A stretch of 46,530 nucleotides of DNA from Candidatus Zipacnadia bacterium (lineage in GTDB: Bacteria > Armatimonadota > Zipacnadia > Zipacnadales > UBA5352). Made by a program: the position numbers and the translations under genes. Positions 44,105-46,530 of this stretch are shown piece after piece. Each line of letters starts with the position of its first letter. The first letter of the stretch is position 1. The stretch is from positions 1-46,530 of the forward strand of contig JALGTR010000001.1 of the NCBI GenBank assembly GCA_029821265.1. Direction: 5' to 3'. The notes below the pieces were generated by a model, which did no database searches, was not told the origin of the DNA, and was given only the letters and a program-made list of their open reading frames with translations.

Positions 44105-45169
44105 CTACGCGAAGCTGCCGGACACGCGGATCTCGTCGTAGAGCGCCAGCACGTTCTCCAGCGGCGTCCCGGACTGGATATTGTGGCATGGCCCGCAGAT
44201 GTAGCCCGTCCCATCGCCGGCGAGGACACGGATGTTCTTGCGGACCTCCGCCCGCACATCCTCCGGCGTCCCGAAGGGCAGTACCTTCTGGTTGTCTACG
44301 GCCCCATCGAAGCACAGGACGTCGCCAAACTCGCCTTTGAGCCACGCCAGGTCCATGTTCGGGCAGCGCCACTGGATGGGGTTAAGGACCTCGACACCCA
44401 TCTCGACGAGGTCGGGTATGATCTCGCCGATGCCGCCGTCATCGTGGTGGTAGACCTTCAGACCGAACTCGCGGGCCAGGGCGATTGCGCGGCGGTAGTG
44501 CGGCCAGAAGAGCCGCCGGATGGTCTCGCGGCTCATCACCAGTCCGTTCTGGCCGCCGAAATCGTCTGTGACCTGCGCGAGGTCGGCGTGCCGGGCGCAG
44601 GCCTCGAAGAGCAGCCGATGCTGGCGCAGCCGGTAGTCCATGACGCGATCGAGGACCGCCTCGATCAGCTCAGGCCGGAGGCCGATGTTCAGCAGCGCTC
44701 TCTCCTCACCGAAGAGCGTCCACAGGTCCACGAAGGGCGCGATGTAGCCGAGGCGCACGACCTGATGCGGATGCGCGCTGCGGCAGGCCTCAGCGGCGGC
44801 CTCGAAATCCCAGTCGGCGGGGTCGCCGAAGTCGAAGTCCTCGACCTGCGCGATCTCGGTGAAGTCGGCCATCGGGGCGTGAATGCGCTCGGTGTAGGAG
44901 CCGCCGGTGGGCAGCTCGATCCGCCTCGACTGAGCGCCCCACAGCCCGGCGGGCCCCCCGTCAGGCCCGGTCCACGGCGGCCCGGCGTACGACGGCATCA
45001 CCCCGGCAATGCCGTCAACGCCAAGCTCATCAAGCACAACCGACCAGTCATCGGTCTGGAAGTGCGCCAGCAGTTCCTGCCGAATCTCGGGCGTCACCCA
45101 GATGTCGCAGGGGACGCGATCCACCGGCTGATGGGTAATCGCAGCCCAGACGCGCTGTCGCGAGGTCAT
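44105..45169 (-). CDS. URO-D (uroporphyrinogen decarboxylase-like) family protein, not canonical HemE
   Basis: Start is MTSRQRVWAAITHQPVDRVP at ATG 45169. C-terminal family blocks are YHHDDGGIGEIIPDLVEMGVEVLNPIQ and GYICGPCHNIQSGTPLENV. It lacks the HemE N-terminal MRQAGR-type motif. Confidence 0.82.
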   Translation of the reverse strand: MTSRQRVWAAITHQPVDRVPCDIWVTPEIRQELLAHFQTDDWSVVLDELGVDGIAGVMPSYAGPPWTGPDGGPAGLWGAQSRRIELPTGGSYTERIHAPMADFTEIAQVEDFDFGDPADWDFEAAAEACRSAHPHQVVRLGYIAPFVDLWTLFGEERALLNIGLRPELIEAVLDRVMDYRLRQHRLLFEACARHADLAQVTDDFGGQNGLVMSRETIRRLFWPHYRRAIALAREFGLKVYHHDDGGIGEIIPDLVEMGVEVLNPIQWRCPNMDLAWLKGEFGDVLCFDGAVDNQKVLPFGTPEDVRAEVRKNIRVLAGDGTGYICGPCHNIQSGTPLENVLALYDEIRVSGSFA

Positions 45170-45315
45170 TGCCCTGATCGCTGCGCTCCCTCGGCAGCCA
45201 CACGCTATAGGCCGCAGGCTGACCAATATGGCCCGCGGCGGGCGGCGTTGACGCTCGTCCGCCGCGGGCGCTGGCCGATTACCCCCTGCCTATTGCCCGT
45301 GCTTTGCGATCCGCG

Positions 45316-46083
45316 CTAATCGACGTCCCACACCTCATAGGCATGCCGCGCGGCGGCGATGCGGTCGTCGCCTTTGGGGCCGAACTCGTGGCCGACGTAA
45401 CCGTCGTAGTCGAGCTCGGCGATGGCGCGAGCGATCGCCGGGTAGTAGATCTCCTGCGTCTCGTCCATGTCATTGCGGCCGGGATTGCCGGCGGTGTGGA
45501 AGTGCTTGATGTAGTCGATGTTGTTCTGGATCGTGCGGATCAGGTCGCCTTCCATGATCTGCATGTGGTAGATGTCATACAGCAGCGCCACACGGGGGCT
45601 GTCCACCATCCTGCACACGTGCACGCCCCACTCGGTGCTGTCACACATGTAGCCGGGGTGGTTGACCTTCGAGTTGAGCAGCTCCATGCACAGGTTGATG
45701 CCCTTCTCCTCGGCGACTGGTGCAACGCGTGCGAGGATTTCGGCGGTGATCTCGGCGCCCTCGAGATCGCTGACGCCCTCATAGCGATTGCCCGAGAGGC
45801 AGAGGATGCTCGGAACGTCGTACTCCTCGGCAAGCTCGAAGCTCTGCATCAGCTCATCGTAGATGCGATCGTGGTTCTCGCGCTTGTTGAGGCCGTCGGC
45901 GAGGGACTTGTGGCCGACGAAGATGGCGATATCGAGCCCTGCGTCCTTGATGATCGGGAAGACCTCCGGCGGCGACATCTCGATCGACGAGTAGCCGATA
46001 TCGGCGACCTGGCTCACGACCTCTTCGGGCGTTCCAGCCGAGGCGACGACGCCCCAGCATACTGACTGCTTGATGGCTCCCAT
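45316..46083 (-). CDS. Xylose-isomerase-like TIM-barrel protein (hydroxypyruvate isomerase / sugar-phosphate isomerase-epimerase family)
   Basis: Start is MGAIKQSVCWG at ATG 46083, after AGGAGGG. Has NLCMELLN, LLYDIYHMQIMEGD, HFHTAGNPGR and GYVGHEF, which is typical Hyi-like metal-ligand spacing. Confidence 0.86.
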   Translation of the reverse strand: MGAIKQSVCWGVVASAGTPEEVVSQVADIGYSSIEMSPPEVFPIIKDAGLDIAIFVGHKSLADGLNKRENHDRIYDELMQSFELAEEYDVPSILCLSGNRYEGVSDLEGAEITAEILARVAPVAEEKGINLCMELLNSKVNHPGYMCDSTEWGVHVCRMVDSPRVALLYDIYHMQIMEGDLIRTIQNNIDYIKHFHTAGNPGRNDMDETQEIYYPAIARAIAELDYDGYVGHEFGPKGDDRIAAARHAYEVWDVD

Positions 46084-46307
46084 GACTGTGGACCCTCCTG
46101 TGTACGCCTGAACGCTGTCGCGCCGGTTCGCCGCCCGGGCCAGGATACCTTCCACTCGGGGAGGGATTCGGCCGACGGAGCAGGCAATACCGGTCATGGG
46201 GCCGGAGGGGGATCTGCGGCCCACCGCACTACCTGAGTTGACAGGTGCGAGATTACGGTGCGGCTACACGCACGAGACTTCCACACGATGCCCGGGGAGT
46301 GAATGAA

Positions 46308-46530
46308 TTGAGATTTGCCCTGACGGTCTGCGCGCTCACCGTTGCGGCACCAACTGTCTGGACGGACGATGGGAGGACGGGGCCAGTGTTGGTTCAACGC
46401 ACTATTATGCTTTCGGAGACGGGCTCAACCCGTGGCTCGCTCTACGCGATGAGCAACAAGATCGTGACCATCGACGGACGTTCGCATGTCGCGTGGCTCG
46501 ACGCGATCTCGGATACGAAGGTGTGCATGT
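46308..46530 (+). CDS. Partial CDS (N-terminus only): putative secreted protein
   Basis: My translation from TTG 46308 (8 nt after GGGGAG; GTG 46299 is an alternative) gives (M)RFALTVCALTVAAPTVWTDDGRTGPVLVQRTIMLSETGSTRGSLYAMSNKIVTIDGRSHVAWLDAISDTKV... It has a signal-like start and stays open to the window edge. Confidence 0.35.
   Translation, partial: MRFALTVCALTVAAPTVWTDDGRTGPVLVQRTIMLSETGSTRGSLYAMSNKIVTIDGRSHVAWLDAISDTKVCM

Noticed and set aside
46238-46266. Perfect -35 hexamer TTGACA upstream of the partial last gene
   Set aside because: The best -10 at 17-nt spacing is CGGCTA, which is too weak to call a promoter from sequence alone.
1-46530. Scan for CRISPR arrays, tRNA/rRNA genes, IS elements or long direct/inverted repeats
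   Set aside because: Reading the intergenic regions by eye, I saw no regularly spaced repeats, cloverleaf-like segments, rRNA-like sequence, or terminal inverted repeats flanking transposase-like ORFs. Only short hairpins and a 12-nt tandem duplication were found. This was not an exhaustive computational search.

Overview
The window is visibly GC-rich (about two-thirds G+C by eye, not computed) and densely coding. It looks like ordinary chromosome from a PVC-, Armatimonadota- or Hydrogenedentes-like bacterium: it has a PEP-CTERM protein, a cytoplasmic sulfatase, and Gfo/Idh/MocA, URO-D-like and xylose-isomerase-like TIM genes. I found no rRNA, tRNA, CRISPR array, transposase, integrase or phage genes.

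About 36 protein genes are supportable.
- Minus-strand string, 11334 down to ~500: rfbD, a GHMP sugar kinase, ahcY, a WecA/TagO-like::TagA/WecG fusion glycosyltransferase, a PfkB kinase, class I FbaB aldolase, a class II aldolase-family protein, a fumarate-reductase-type FAD flavoprotein and a small zinc-ribbon membrane protein.
- Plus strand: relA/spoT and a DegT-type aminotransferase.
- Minus-strand operon for aromatic 2-oxoacid/arylacetate metabolism: paaK, iorA, iorB, paaK, ACT.
- Plus strand: a cytoplasmic BNR/Asp-box protein and an M28 peptidase.
- Minus-strand block: sulfatase, orphan N6-methyltransferase, PAS histidine kinase, REC::MinD/CpaE-type ATPase and a 675-aa polytopic membrane protein.
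- Remaining genes: a Gfo/Idh/MocA oxidoreductase, an S8 peptidase with a PEP-CTERM anchor, carB and carA, two hypothetical proteins, an MFS transporter, a secreted TIM-barrel-like protein, a URO-D-family protein and a hydroxypyruvate-isomerase-like TIM protein.

The best candidate for an undescribed system is the self-contained unit at 23683-28831: PAS kinase, then a receiver-fused MinD/CpaE-like ATPase with a non-canonical Walker A, then a large uncharacterised membrane protein. No pilus, flagellar or partition genes lie nearby.

Other oddities:
- the sulfatase stop overlaps a possible methyltransferase start (GTGA);
- the S8/PEP-CTERM peptidase shows homology upstream of any usable start codon and has no signal peptide;
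- the WecA-like module fused to TagA looks catalytically degenerate;
- a URO-D-like gene stub has an intact RBS;
- the zinc-ribbon membrane gene appears frameshifted;
- a terminator-like hairpin sits between carA and carB.

All functional calls come from motif and family recognition by eye. No database search was run.
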